Origin: a virus
Direction: 5' to 3' (one strand)
Length of the DNA: 64,000 nt
IMG/VR virus record: IMGVR_UViG_3300010430_002753
Span: 17,272 to 81,271 of that record
Below, in pieces: positions 39,749 to 50,309 of the stretch. The notes under the pieces are model-generated. The model had not been told where the DNA came from, did not search any database, and saw only the letters and a program-made list of their open reading frames with translations. The position numbers and the translations under genes were made by a program. Position 1 is the first letter of the stretch. Every line of letters starts with the position of its first letter.

Positions 39749-40012
39749 CTATTTTTTATTTAATAACTTTAAGTTTCTATTTATATTAATTTTTTTATTA
39801 TACTCTTCTTTTGAATAACTTTTACCATTTATCCAATAATGTTCACCTCTTATTTCTCCAGATCTATAATACCAAATTCTAGCTGGTCCATCTAATCTAT
39901 GAAGTTTTCTATTTATATAATACACTTCACTTTCTATTTTAGTTTTCTCTACATCATGATAATATATTTTTTTATAACAACCGTTTTCTAATTCAATTCT
40001 TTTCATTTTCAT
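39749..40012 (-). CDS. HRLDGPA protein with C-terminal tag
   Basis: HRLDGPA; ends NINRNLKLLNKK. Confidence 0.85.
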   Translation of the reverse strand: MKMKRIELENGCYKKIYYHDVEKTKIESEVYYINRKLHRLDGPARIWYYRSGEIRGEHYWINGKSYSKEEYNKKININRNLKLLNKK

Positions 40013-40042
40013 AATTAAACCTCTCTTTTTATTTATAAATAC

Positions 40043-40071
40043 AATATAAATTATACATAAAAATATGTCAA
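40043..40071 (-). promoter_or_regulatory. Sigma70-type promoter (repeat family)
   Basis: TTTTTTAGTTGACA-N17-TATATT plus GTATTTATAAAT leader. Confidence 0.82.
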
Positions 40072-40079
40072 CTAAAAAA

Positions 40080-40559
40080 TTATTTTTTATCTAATAACTT
40101 TAAATTTACTTGTATTTTAAAATCTTTTAAATTTTTACATCTAATTCTTTTTCCATTATAATAATATCGTATATAAGGATTAGGAGACATTGAATTATAC
40201 GCATTCATATATGATTCTAAATCTAAAACAGTAAATGCTGTATTTTCATCATATATAGTAGATGTAATCCAAGCTGGTCCGTTTATATTATGTAATTTTC
40301 CATCTTTATATTTTTTAAAACTAAATTCTGAACTTACAAAATTTACATAATTAATATATTCTTTTATAAATGTATTTACCAATTTTTTTGATGTCATTTG
40401 AATAATAATCTTAAACGTATCAAATACTATCAAATAATTATAATCAGATCCGTAATAATCGTGTATTTCTAATTTTGTATCAATATCAAATAATTTAATG
40501 TGACCAATTTTTGATGCAGATTTTATAATTTTATCTTTTAATTCTATTGATATTTTCAT
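40080..40559 (-). CDS. GPA-motif protein with variant C-terminal tag
   Basis: HNINGPA; ends KIQVNLKLLDKK; paralog of 41125-41643. Confidence 0.78.
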   Translation of the reverse strand: MKISIELKDKIIKSASKIGHIKLFDIDTKLEIHDYYGSDYNYLIVFDTFKIIIQMTSKKLVNTFIKEYINYVNFVSSEFSFKKYKDGKLHNINGPAWITSTIYDENTAFTVLDLESYMNAYNSMSPNPYIRYYYNGKRIRCKNLKDFKIQVNLKLLDKK

Positions 40560-40847
40560 TTAATCTTCAAATGTTATAATAGGATTTCTGCAAGTATTAT
40601 CTTTTTTATTTACTTTTAATTCTGCGTACACAGTTTTTATGTCTCTATTTTTGTTCCAATATTCTATAACAAAATTATAAGAATTGTCTATTTTTGATTT
40701 TATGCCTTTATAATTAATATTTTTTATATTAAAAAAATCATCTTTAAACTTATCATACATAACTCTAATAAATGCACCATTAACGTTATCAGCAATTTCT
40801 TCTGTATTTACGCCACCACTTGTACTAAATCTAAATTGTTGTTGCAT
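40560..40847 (-). CDS. Hypothetical protein
   Basis: AAGGAG RBS supplied by the end of the upstream tag. Confidence 0.7.
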   Translation of the reverse strand: MQQQFRFSTSGGVNTEEIADNVNGAFIRVMYDKFKDDFFNIKNINYKGIKSKIDNSYNFVIEYWNKNRDIKTVYAELKVNKKDNTCRNPIITFED

Positions 40848-40849
40848 AT

Positions 40850-41122
40850 TTACTCCTTATTTAATAACTTTAAATTTCTGTTTATATTAATTATTTTAAT
40901 TACTTCTGAATGTTTATAGAATTCTTTTTTTGAATATTCTTTACCGTTTATCCAATAATCTTTATTATATATTTTACCAGATTTATAATACCAATTTTTA
41001 GCTGGTCCTTCTAATCTATGTGATTCACCATTTGAATTATAATAATATTCATAATGAATTTTTCCATTTTCATGATAATGTATTTTTTTATAATTTCCAT
41101 TTTCTAACTTAATTCTTTTCAT
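40850..41122 (-). CDS. HRLDGPA protein with C-terminal tag
   Basis: HRLEGPA; ends NINRNLKLLNKE. Confidence 0.85.
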   Translation of the reverse strand: MKRIKLENGNYKKIHYHENGKIHYEYYYNSNGESHRLEGPAKNWYYKSGKIYNKDYWINGKEYSKKEFYKHSEVIKIININRNLKLLNKE

Positions 41123-41124
41123 AA

Positions 41125-41643
41125 TTAAACCTTATTTAATAACTTTAAATTTCTATTTATATTATATATTTTATCAAAATCTTTTTTATCTAACCCTCTT
41201 CCATGTAATTCATAATAATGTTCACAACATAAAGCTTTTCTATATTTAAAATATTCTTCATTTATATATTTTTTAGGATCTATAATATATTCATTCCAAA
41301 AATAATTAGAATTCATACTATTAAAATATACTCTGCTTGGACCTAAATCATTATGATATTTACCATTTTTTAAAAATTTAATAGTAAATGGCGATATTAC
41401 ATATTTTAAATATTTTCCATATTTTAAATGAATAATATTATTAATATATGTTGCCTTTGTATTTACTATTTCAATTTTAAATGTTTCAAAACATAATATA
41501 TAATAACTTTTATCGGCACCTTCATATTGTTTTAATTTTCCTATTGGATCTTTAACATTTAATATAGAATAATTAATATAATTATCTTTAAAATGTTTTT
41601 CAAAATGTTTTTTTAATTCTTTTTGAGTAATAATTTTTTTCAT
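41125..41643 (-). CDS. GPA-motif protein with C-terminal tag
   Basis: HNDLGPS; ends NINRNLKLLNKV. Confidence 0.8.
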   Translation of the reverse strand: MKKIITQKELKKHFEKHFKDNYINYSILNVKDPIGKLKQYEGADKSYYILCFETFKIEIVNTKATYINNIIHLKYGKYLKYVISPFTIKFLKNGKYHNDLGPSRVYFNSMNSNYFWNEYIIDPKKYINEEYFKYRKALCCEHYYELHGRGLDKKDFDKIYNINRNLKLLNKV

Positions 41644-41667
41644 AACTATCCTTTTTTTTTATAAATA

Positions 41668-41696
41668 ATTATAAATTACAATAACAATAATGTCAA
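41668..41696 (-). promoter_or_regulatory. Sigma70-type promoter (repeat family)
   Basis: TTTTTTAGTTGACA-N17-TATAAT. Confidence 0.85.
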
Positions 41697-41709
41697 CTAA
41701 AAAATAAAA

Positions 41710-41732
41710 AAGAGGAATATTTAATTCCTCTT
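41710..41732 (-). terminator. Intrinsic terminator after the RNR gene
   Basis: AAGAGGAAT/ATTCCTCTT stem followed by a T tract. Confidence 0.72.
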
Positions 41733-41753
41733 AATACTTAATTTAATTATAGT

Positions 41754-44351
41754 TTATCCACATTTTGACCAAGCACATGAATTACAACTAATACAACCTT
41801 GTTCATATCTTAATGTAGATTGACCACATGAAGGACATTCTTGTTCTTTATCATCTTTAACTACTTTAGTTCCATCTTTTATAAAATTACTTAATAATTT
41901 TTTAATATGAAATATTAAAGTAGAAATACCAGTATTATGTTCATCTAATACATTAATAATATCTTGAATCTGAACATTATGTCTAAGTGCCATTCCAATA
42001 GCTCTTGCTATTTTATTTACATTAGATTGACCATTATATTTTTCTTTTTGTTTTACTATTAATTCTTCATTTATTTCTTTATTTATACATAATGTTTCCA
42101 TAGCTTCTACAACACTTCCTGCAATTTCTGTAGATTCATGACAATTAGTATTAATAAACATTCCAAATGGTTTAGTTAAATTTCTATCAGCAAATATTAT
42201 ATTAACATACCATTTCTTTTTATTGATATCTTTAATTTTATAACCTTTAGAATAATATTCACCAGGTAATTTTACGCTGTCTTTAATTACATATCCATTA
42301 GATTTAATAAATAAAGTTTCTAATTCTGATTTTTCTTTTTCTACTGTTTCTTTTCTTTCTAATACAGCAGACATTGTTCCATCACGGTATGTAGTAATTC
42401 CTTTAATACCAGATTTATAAGCGTCTAAATAAAGATCTTTAAATTTTTCATACGGATAATCTTTAGGTATATTTACAGTTTTACTAATAGCCTGATTACA
42501 ATAATGTGCTAATACTTTTAATGTTTTAATATGGTCTTCTACAGATAATTCATTAGTAGTACTAAACGCACCTTTATCTTTATATTTTTTAAATTGATCT
42601 TTTGTTAAATTTTCTTTACACCATTTATATCCGTAATCTATAACTTCAGTTTGTTTTACTAATCCTCTATTTTTATCACATTCATAATTAATATTATTAA
42701 ACTTACCTTTTAAAATATCTTCTGTTCCGCGTTTACTAAATTTTAAATCTTTTGTTTCAAACCATTCACCATTATGAATATCAGGAAATTTCATTTTGTT
42801 ACTCTTTAATGTATTTAATTCTTTTTCATTTACAATAGACCATCTAAAATAATCTGTACTAAATACTGGTTCTATTCCACCACTAACTATACCTGCAAAA
42901 ATTCCAGTATTTCCATTTGGTGCAAACATTGAATGATGCGAATTTCTCATACACCCAATATCTTTAATTTTATTTTTTACTTCATCACTAATTTTTAAAT
43001 TATTAAAATATTCTGTATTAAAATAATGTGATGAATCAAATAATTCAAAATTACCTTTTTCTTTTCCAAGCTCTGCAGAATATAATAATTCTGTTTCTGC
43101 TTTAATTTTCATCAATTTTTTAGTAAATTTTAAACATTCTTCACTTCCATATTTTATACCTAACATCATTAAAGCTGATCCATACCCCATAAATCCTAGA
43201 CCAATTCTTCTTTTTTCTTTTATTGCAGTTTTATAAATATCTAAAGGCACTGTAGATATATCATTAATATTATCTAAAAATCTAATAGCTGTTTTTACGT
43301 CTTCTTTATATGATTCGAAATCAAATCTAATAGATCCATCAAAATATAATATTATATATTTAACTAAATTATGAGAAGATAAATTACAAACACCGGTAGA
43401 CATGGGAATTTCTCCACAAGGATTTGTTTGGTATATTTTTTCTTTTCCATTTAACGGATTAATTTTATTAATTAAGTCTAAAAACATTATACCTGGTTCA
43501 TTTCTATTATATGTGGCCTTCATAATTTCTTCCCAGATGTTTTTGGCTTTTAATGTTTCATGAATTACTGTTGGAAATCCTTTTGATTTCCAATCTATTA
43601 AATCACCAAACCACTCAGTTTTATATTTATCATAAGTAGTATCTGGGAATTCTAAATCCCAATCTAAATCATTTTTAAGTGCATTCATAAATCCATCGAC
43701 TATACCAATGCTTAAATTAAATTTTGATAATCTACCAGGAGTTTGTTTTACTTTAATAAATTCAATAATATCTGGAGAATTAATATTTAATACTCCCATT
43801 TGAGCACCTTTTCTTATTTTTCTTTTTTCATTTTGTTTTTCTTCACCTAAAATCTTTTCAGTTCCACATGTCACTATTTCTGAAGATTTATCCCATAGTT
43901 CTAAAAATTTCAATACACCAGGTGTTCTTATATTATTACCGTTAACATATGACCCATTAGGTCTTAAATAAGAAAAGTTCTGACCATACCCTCCTTCAAC
44001 TGCTAAAATCTTTGCTTGATCGGCTAATAATGAATATATACCTTCTATACTATCTGGATTTTTTAAACCTGTATCGTATGGATGATGTGTATAACAATTA
44101 AAAGACGTTGAATTTTTTCGTTCTTCTAAACCTATATTTGATAAAATTCTTCCAGCTGGTATTAATTTAAATTCTTTCATTAAATTTAAAAATTTATTTT
44201 CCCATAATTCTTTATCTTTTTCTACAGAAGCTACTTTCTTTGCTATTCTTTTAAATGTATCTATAACATCTAATTCTTTACTACCTTTATAATTATCTTT
44301 CCAAACTTCTAAACTAAATTTTTCAATTGTATCATTTAAAGACTCTTTCAT
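41754..44351 (-). CDS. nrdJ: Ribonucleotide reductase, probably class II (B12-dependent NrdJ)
   Basis: PAGRIL, FNC, EPG, TNPCGE, CNLSS, RRIGLG, APNG, SGGIEP, ISKTVN, KGITTYR; C-terminal CPSC...CISCNSCAWSKC; no nrdB in the window. Confidence 0.88.
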   Translation of the reverse strand: MKESLNDTIEKFSLEVWKDNYKGSKELDVIDTFKRIAKKVASVEKDKELWENKFLNLMKEFKLIPAGRILSNIGLEERKNSTSFNCYTHHPYDTGLKNPDSIEGIYSLLADQAKILAVEGGYGQNFSYLRPNGSYVNGNNIRTPGVLKFLELWDKSSEIVTCGTEKILGEEKQNEKRKIRKGAQMGVLNINSPDIIEFIKVKQTPGRLSKFNLSIGIVDGFMNALKNDLDWDLEFPDTTYDKYKTEWFGDLIDWKSKGFPTVIHETLKAKNIWEEIMKATYNRNEPGIMFLDLINKINPLNGKEKIYQTNPCGEIPMSTGVCNLSSHNLVKYIILYFDGSIRFDFESYKEDVKTAIRFLDNINDISTVPLDIYKTAIKEKRRIGLGFMGYGSALMMLGIKYGSEECLKFTKKLMKIKAETELLYSAELGKEKGNFELFDSSHYFNTEYFNNLKISDEVKNKIKDIGCMRNSHHSMFAPNGNTGIFAGIVSGGIEPVFSTDYFRWSIVNEKELNTLKSNKMKFPDIHNGEWFETKDLKFSKRGTEDILKGKFNNINYECDKNRGLVKQTEVIDYGYKWCKENLTKDQFKKYKDKGAFSTTNELSVEDHIKTLKVLAHYCNQAISKTVNIPKDYPYEKFKDLYLDAYKSGIKGITTYRDGTMSAVLERKETVEKEKSELETLFIKSNGYVIKDSVKLPGEYYSKGYKIKDINKKKWYVNIIFADRNLTKPFGMFINTNCHESTEIAGSVVEAMETLCINKEINEELIVKQKEKYNGQSNVNKIARAIGMALRHNVQIQDIINVLDEHNTGISTLIFHIKKLLSNFIKDGTKVVKDDKEQECPSCGQSTLRYEQGCISCNSCAWSKCG

Positions 44352-44369
44352 ATTAATACTTTTCCACCT

Positions 44370-44990
44370 TTATAATTTATTTTTAAATCTATCTTTTAAT
44401 TTTTGATTCTTTTCTATTTTATCTTTGACTTTTTGTTTTTCTATACTTCTTAAATATCCATCTTCTGGTTTTTTTTCTTTTCTATTATCATTTATATATT
44501 CTCTTACTTCATCTATATTAGTTAAAGCTAAACTTGGTAATCTATGCAAATTATTATTACACAATATATACCAATAATCATCTTTATTTCTATAAATGTC
44601 TGCAACTGATTCTTTGTCAAATGAATAAAATTCTATAAACCCTGCTTTTATTAATTTTAAAACACTTTCTGGGCATGCTATATATGAATTATCTTGATTA
44701 GACAAGCATTGCAATAGTAATGTTTTTTTATATGTTTTTAAATGTGAATAAGGTTTAATAGTAATAGTTTTATCTTTATTTTGTTTTAATACCCTAATTG
44801 TAACATATTTTTTTAAAAAGTCAATTGATTTTATATTATAATATTGAACGTTCTTTTTATAATAAATTGTTAAGTAATAATCTTTAAATAATTTTTTTAT
44901 TGGTGTATATAAATATCTTTTAGTTATTCCTGAATAGAGTTTATCTTTGTATTTTTTAATCCAAAAAAACCCTTTAAAAGTTGTTAACAT
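44370..44990 (-). CDS. Hypothetical protein
   Basis: 206 aa ORF, AAGGA RBS. Confidence 0.65.
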   Translation of the reverse strand: MLTTFKGFFWIKKYKDKLYSGITKRYLYTPIKKLFKDYYLTIYYKKNVQYYNIKSIDFLKKYVTIRVLKQNKDKTITIKPYSHLKTYKKTLLLQCLSNQDNSYIACPESVLKLIKAGFIEFYSFDKESVADIYRNKDDYWYILCNNNLHRLPSLALTNIDEVREYINDNRKEKKPEDGYLRSIEKQKVKDKIEKNQKLKDRFKNKL

Positions 44991-45018
44991 AAATATTCCT
45001 TTATTAAAAGTTGAGAAA

Positions 45019-45057
45019 AAAATAGAAAGTACTAAAAATATAAGTACTTTCTATTTT
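45019..45057 (-). terminator. Intrinsic terminator
   Basis: AAAATAGAAAGTACT/AGTACTTTCTATTTT stem. Confidence 0.7.
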
Positions 45058-45073
45058 AAAATAAATTGTTGTA

Positions 45074-45964
45074 TTATACGGTCATTAAAACTGCATCCAT
45101 TACTTCATTAGGATCAAAATTTAATTCTTTATCAAATAAATAATCTTTAATTGTTTGTAATAATTCGTCCTTAATAACTGTAATATTATCTTCTGCTCTT
45201 GCAATAGCTGCTGGAGTTATTGCTACTTCTATATTACGTTCTTCTTTATTGATATTATTAAATTTCTTTTTGACGTCTTGATTATTTAAGATTAGATCTA
45301 TGTCTGATTTTTTAAATCTATCATATGTTTTTTTAACAGAAGATTTTAAGTTTGTTAATGAATCAGTATTTAAAACAAAATTTAATGCTTCATCAGATGT
45401 TATATCATAATCAATTACATCATCTCTTAGTAAATCATATAATTCATTTTCTATAGAATCTGTTAAATCTTGAAGTTCATCATTAACTATAGCCTTTTGT
45501 GATTTTGATTCAGCTTTAGATAATTTAATTTTTAAATTGTGATATTGATTATGAAGTTCTTCTAATTCAGGAAATCTTTGCAATAAAAATAATCCGTAAT
45601 CAGGCTTATTAATAATTTGATTCGCCTTTTTTCTTACATCATTTAATTTAAGACCTACTAAAGTTTTATCTTCGTCTTCAGCATACCCTATTAATTCTTC
45701 TTGTTGTCCCATTAAAAAATTAGTTAATTCTTCTGGTAATTGAAATTGTGCTTTTAATTTTTGTTCTCCACCTAAATATTCAATTAAATCATTTACTGTC
45801 AATATTTCGAAATCTAAATCTTCTGCATGTTTTTTTATATTTCCATGAGTTTCACTTCTGTCTTTAACAAAATCTTCTTCATTTACTGATTCTTTGACAA
45901 ATTCTTTATTTGCATTTTTATAATTACTAATTAAATTTTTCATATTTAATTTATCCATTTTCAT
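45074..45964 (-). CDS. Acidic helical hypothetical protein
   Basis: 296 aa ORF, AGGAG RBS. Confidence 0.7.
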   Translation of the reverse strand: MKMDKLNMKNLISNYKNANKEFVKESVNEEDFVKDRSETHGNIKKHAEDLDFEILTVNDLIEYLGGEQKLKAQFQLPEELTNFLMGQQEELIGYAEDEDKTLVGLKLNDVRKKANQIINKPDYGLFLLQRFPELEELHNQYHNLKIKLSKAESKSQKAIVNDELQDLTDSIENELYDLLRDDVIDYDITSDEALNFVLNTDSLTNLKSSVKKTYDRFKKSDIDLILNNQDVKKKFNNINKEERNIEVAITPAAIARAEDNITVIKDELLQTIKDYLFDKELNFDPNEVMDAVLMTV

Positions 45965-45982
45965 ATCTCCTATTACTTATAA

Positions 45983-47332
45983 TTATAAATATTTAGATTC
46001 TAAAATTTCTATACATTCATCAAATATATCTTGTATAATATCTTTATCATTAACAAATCTTAAATCTATGTTTATTATAGTTTTATGACCGCCAGATAAA
46101 TTTTTTACTAATTCATATACATTACTTTTTATACTATCTAAAAATTCAATTTCTGATTGTTCTAATTTTGTATATGTTTTATCTAATAATTTAATTAATA
46201 AATTTTCACATTGTTCAAATCTATTTCCAAATGTTTTTTGTATATCTTTATAAGTATCTGGTAAATATATTTTTAAATCGTTATATGTAAAACCAATTGA
46301 ATTTTCTTTATATCCTTTTGGTGAATCAATATTTTGTTCTAATAATTTTTTAACATCATATAAAGATATTGTTTGATCTAATTCTATAAATCTATCTTTA
46401 TATGAACTAATAATTTTATCTAATACTTCTTCTATTAAATTATATTTAGGATTAATATTATTATGTTTAAATGGATTATATGATAGACTTATTAATTGAG
46501 AAAAATCCCAATAAGTACAAACAAAATTTGAATCTGGATAATTTATAAACGAACCGTATCTATTATATGAACCCTTATTATAACAATTTGCGACAGTTCC
46601 ATCTTGCACAACAATGCTATCGTTTAACACATAATGTTTTTTTGATTTTTTATAACTATCTACGTAATCTCTTGTATTATCATTCATTATATTAACAGGG
46701 GTTGCCTCAGTGAACTCTATTATGTAATTTAATGTTTCATATATATTATCAAAAGAAGTGTTACTACTTTCAACCAGAGCGTTTAATAGATCATCTTCGT
46801 GTTTATACGCATTTATCATTTTACTTAATAGTATGGCTTGCAAATACTTATCTTTGTCATAAACATACCCATTTAACTGCTCTGGGTAAATTCCATATTC
46901 GCAAAACTGAGCTCCATCTACAATATCAATACCAACTAATTCATCAGTATTAAATGTATTTATATCTTTACACAAATATTCATTAATTACTGAAACGTTA
47001 GATGCTTTACTTCCGTCAATAATAGATATACATTCATCTGAATTTAATCCAGTTTTATTAGTATCATGATGGTCTATAAATAAATTAATTCCTTTTTTGT
47101 ATCTTGAAAAATCTACAAGAATACTAAATTTAGTAGGATCTGGTTTTTTTATAATAAACTCTGATTCCATTATACTCATAACATAAGTTTTATGTAATTT
47201 TAAATTAGTATTTTCTTCAATATACTTTTTTATCATAATAGCAGACGTTACTCCATCTAAATCGTTATGATAATAAATTTCAAACTCTGTAAACTTATAA
47301 GATTCTATCATCTTATTTATTTTTTTTAACAT
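45983..47332 (-). CDS. DHH-family phosphoesterase
   Basis: YYHNDLDG, VDF, IDHH and C-terminal GGH motifs. Confidence 0.85.
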   Translation of the reverse strand: MLKKINKMIESYKFTEFEIYYHNDLDGVTSAIMIKKYIEENTNLKLHKTYVMSIMESEFIIKKPDPTKFSILVDFSRYKKGINLFIDHHDTNKTGLNSDECISIIDGSKASNVSVINEYLCKDINTFNTDELVGIDIVDGAQFCEYGIYPEQLNGYVYDKDKYLQAILLSKMINAYKHEDDLLNALVESSNTSFDNIYETLNYIIEFTEATPVNIMNDNTRDYVDSYKKSKKHYVLNDSIVVQDGTVANCYNKGSYNRYGSFINYPDSNFVCTYWDFSQLISLSYNPFKHNNINPKYNLIEEVLDKIISSYKDRFIELDQTISLYDVKKLLEQNIDSPKGYKENSIGFTYNDLKIYLPDTYKDIQKTFGNRFEQCENLLIKLLDKTYTKLEQSEIEFLDSIKSNVYELVKNLSGGHKTIINIDLRFVNDKDIIQDIFDECIEILESKYL

Positions 47333-47363
47333 ATTTATTCCTTTTAAAAATAACTTATAATCA

Positions 47364-47391
47364 AATATAAAACTTTATAAAAAAATGTCAA
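47364..47391 (-). promoter_or_regulatory. Sigma70-type promoter (repeat family)
   Basis: TTTAGTTGACA-N16-TATATT. Confidence 0.72.
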
Positions 47392-47404
47392 CTAAAATTT
47401 TTAT

Positions 47405-48841
47405 TTATTGAATATTAGCATCTCGTTTTTTTCTTTCTTCAATTTTTTTAAGCATTTCATTCATAGATTGTCTAGTTGATGCGTCTATTGATTTTTTATT
47501 CGTTCTCATTTGATTTATTTGAGTTTGTCCGTTTAAACTATTCTCTTCAAATATTTTAATATTACCACTACTTGCATCTATTTTAGCAGGATAAGTTATA
47601 CCATCTCTACCAAATCTATTTTTAATAATAAAAACTCTACCTGTATCACTAACTTTATCATCTTTTGTTCTAGATAATGAAAATACAAAATCTGCAATCA
47701 TTAATTTTTTATAACTATCTGCTATTTGATTACCTTCAATAACTTCACTAGTTTCACCAGACTTATTACTTTGTGAAGCTGTCCATATTGGAATCTCTAA
47801 CATTCCAGCTAGTCCTCTAACATTTTTATATATATTTCCACCTATATGATAGCTATTGGCAAGACTTTTATTTGCAATATTACCAGGATCCATATTATCT
47901 GCATAATCAATAATAATTAAATCAGCTTTACCCCACAAAATTTCTGCTTTTTTATTATGGGCTAATAACGTATTTACACCTGCAGTTCCATCTGGATAAT
48001 GCTTTATTAATAATTTACCTATTTTTTCATCTTTAATAGCTTGTGGGTTTTTTAATTCTTCCATAGTTGAATCAACAGTTTCTCTATTATACTTTAATTC
48101 ATTTACATTTATACCAGTTAACAAAGAACAATACCTCATACTTGAATATTCTTGACTTAATTCTAATGTATAATGAATTACATTTTTACCTTGTTTTAGT
48201 GCATGAGCGCCTATAGCAGATAAAAACCATGATTTTCCACTTCCAGCCGCACCAACTACTACATGTAATTCACCTTTACCTGCACCACCCCCAGTTAAAT
48301 TATTAATAAGTTCCCATGGAGTTTCAACAGCTTTTCTTAATGCAGAATCATATATTACTTTATAATCTTGATTAAAATCTAAACCAATATCTGTATGAGT
48401 TCCTGCGATCATAGCTTCATCAATTAATTCTTTAATTGCATCATAATTTCCTTGTTCTAATAAATCTACAGATTCTACTATTGCATTTTTTATTTTTTGA
48501 TTTTTACAAAATTTTAATGTTTCTTCTTCAACATATTCTAAATCTTTATCTTCTATATGAGTATATACATCTTTTAAAGTATCAGTAGTTGATAATTTCA
48601 TTATTTCATTTTTTATCTTTTTTACTTCTAATACTAAAACTTCCATTGTAGGAATATCATGATACGTATCATAATAATTATGAACTATACTAAATATACT
48701 TCTAAAAGATTCATTATCAAAAAAATCTTCAACTAATATATCCTTTGTTCTTTCTAAGAATTGTTTACTTGTTAATAATAATGATAATAATTTTAATTGA
48801 AATGGTCTACCATAATATGCGAATGTTTCAGTGCTACTCAT
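47405..48841 (-). CDS. Replicative DNA helicase (DnaB / T4 gp41-like)
   Basis: Walker A GAAGSGKS, YTLEL, IIIDYAD, IWTASQ and KNRFG motifs. Confidence 0.93.
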   Translation of the reverse strand: MSSTETFAYYGRPFQLKLLSLLLTSKQFLERTKDILVEDFFDNESFRSIFSIVHNYYDTYHDIPTMEVLVLEVKKIKNEIMKLSTTDTLKDVYTHIEDKDLEYVEEETLKFCKNQKIKNAIVESVDLLEQGNYDAIKELIDEAMIAGTHTDIGLDFNQDYKVIYDSALRKAVETPWELINNLTGGGAGKGELHVVVGAAGSGKSWFLSAIGAHALKQGKNVIHYTLELSQEYSSMRYCSLLTGINVNELKYNRETVDSTMEELKNPQAIKDEKIGKLLIKHYPDGTAGVNTLLAHNKKAEILWGKADLIIIDYADNMDPGNIANKSLANSYHIGGNIYKNVRGLAGMLEIPIWTASQSNKSGETSEVIEGNQIADSYKKLMIADFVFSLSRTKDDKVSDTGRVFIIKNRFGRDGITYPAKIDASSGNIKIFEENSLNGQTQINQMRTNKKSIDASTRQSMNEMLKKIEERKKRDANIQ

Positions 48842-49905
48842 TATTTGCTCTCATTAAATTGTTTAGCAAACATATTTAATCTAAAATACGCGTCTATGAA
48901 CGATATAGTATTTTTTAATGCAAATTCCATTAAATCTTTTTTAATCATTATTTGAATTTTAAATTTATTTAATTCTTGAATTTTATTATCTAAACTTTCA
49001 TTTATTGTTAATATTTTTTCACCTGGAATAAGCGGATCTTTTAATTGCATTAACATATAATTTCTTTCTAAAATATCTTTACTTTCAACAAATGTTTTTG
49101 CTTTTTTACCTTTAATATTTTTTGCCTCTTCAATTAACTCGTCAAACTCTATATCTCTATCTTCATTTAAAATATTTCCAAACATTTTAATTATAGTTTT
49201 TAAACCTAAACCATTTACTCCTGGAACATTATCAGAAATATCTCCATCGATAGCTCTATATTTTACAAAATTTTTAGAATTAATTCCATAATCTTCAAAT
49301 ACTTTTTCTTTTGTATATATCTTCTTTTTAGAAGGTGACCAAACTTTAGTATTATTATCAACTAATTGTAAAAAATCTTTATCAGTAGACATTATAACTA
49401 TATTAGAATCATATTGTTCTTTCATATATTTATTTAATTGGGCTATAACATCATCAGCTTCTATATAATCTAATTGTAATATAGAAACAGGTAATTCATC
49501 TAAATAATTTATAAATCTATTTGCTTGCCATATTCTATTTCTATCTTCTGTTAATGGATCAATTTCAAATGTTCTATTATATTTAGGTCTTATTTTTGGT
49601 TTAGATTTTCTGTTTGATTTATATTCTGGGAATATTTTTTTTCTTCTATAAGAACCATTTTTTCCGTCAAATACAACTATGCATCTAGTTGGTTTAAATG
49701 TTTTTATTGCATATGATAATGATGTTAATGCTCCAACAATACCACCAACATGGTCGCCATTTCTATTAGATGAAGGATTACTTGCATAACCTCTAATAAA
49801 TAAATTTATACCATCTACTAATAGTACTTTACTATTTATATGTTCTTTTTCTTTATTTTTTTGTCTTTCTTCTAAAATTTTATTTATATTTGATAAATCT
49901 ATCAT
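48841..49905 (-). CDS. 5'-3' exonuclease / flap endonuclease (T4 RNase H-like)
   Basis: LLVDG, VFDG, EYKSNR, EADDVIA, STDKDFLQL and GDISDNVPGVNGLGLKT motifs. Confidence 0.93.
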   Translation of the reverse strand: MIDLSNINKILEERQKNKEKEHINSKVLLVDGINLFIRGYASNPSSNRNGDHVGGIVGALTSLSYAIKTFKPTRCIVVFDGKNGSYRRKKIFPEYKSNRKSKPKIRPKYNRTFEIDPLTEDRNRIWQANRFINYLDELPVSILQLDYIEADDVIAQLNKYMKEQYDSNIVIMSTDKDFLQLVDNNTKVWSPSKKKIYTKEKVFEDYGINSKNFVKYRAIDGDISDNVPGVNGLGLKTIIKMFGNILNEDRDIEFDELIEEAKNIKGKKAKTFVESKDILERNYMLMQLKDPLIPGEKILTINESLDNKIQELNKFKIQIMIKKDLMEFALKNTISFIDAYFRLNMFAKQFNESK

Positions 49906-49916
49906 TATAACCTCAA

Positions 49917-50240
49917 TTATTTAATCAATTTTTTTTCTGACTTTCTAATTACCCATGCTATTAAATCTGGATTTTGTAAAAAATTATCTTCTAAACCTTC
50001 CAAAAAAGCAAAATCTTGTTCGTTGTCTTCATCAATTTCATATTTTTCAATTATTCTATTTAAAAGTTTATCATATAATTTATCCCATATAATTTCTTCT
50101 AAATATTTTTTCTTTCTTGATTTAAATTTAATTGTGGTAAATTCTTCACTAATATCGTAATCATTACTTATAAATTCTTCTATAAAAAACTTTAATACAT
50201 TTTCTTTTAATAAACTTATATCATTTACACATTGCTTCAT
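49917..50240 (-). CDS. Hypothetical protein
   Basis: ORF, AAGGAG upstream. Confidence 0.6.
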   Translation of the reverse strand: MKQCVNDISLLKENVLKFFIEEFISNDYDISEEFTTIKFKSRKKKYLEEIIWDKLYDKLLNRIIEKYEIDEDNEQDFAFLEGLEDNFLQNPDLIAWVIRKSEKKLIK

Positions 50241-50309
50241 AATAAAAAATAACTCCTTTAAAAAATAACTTTAAAAATAGGAGTATTTTATTATACTCCT
50301 ATTTATACT

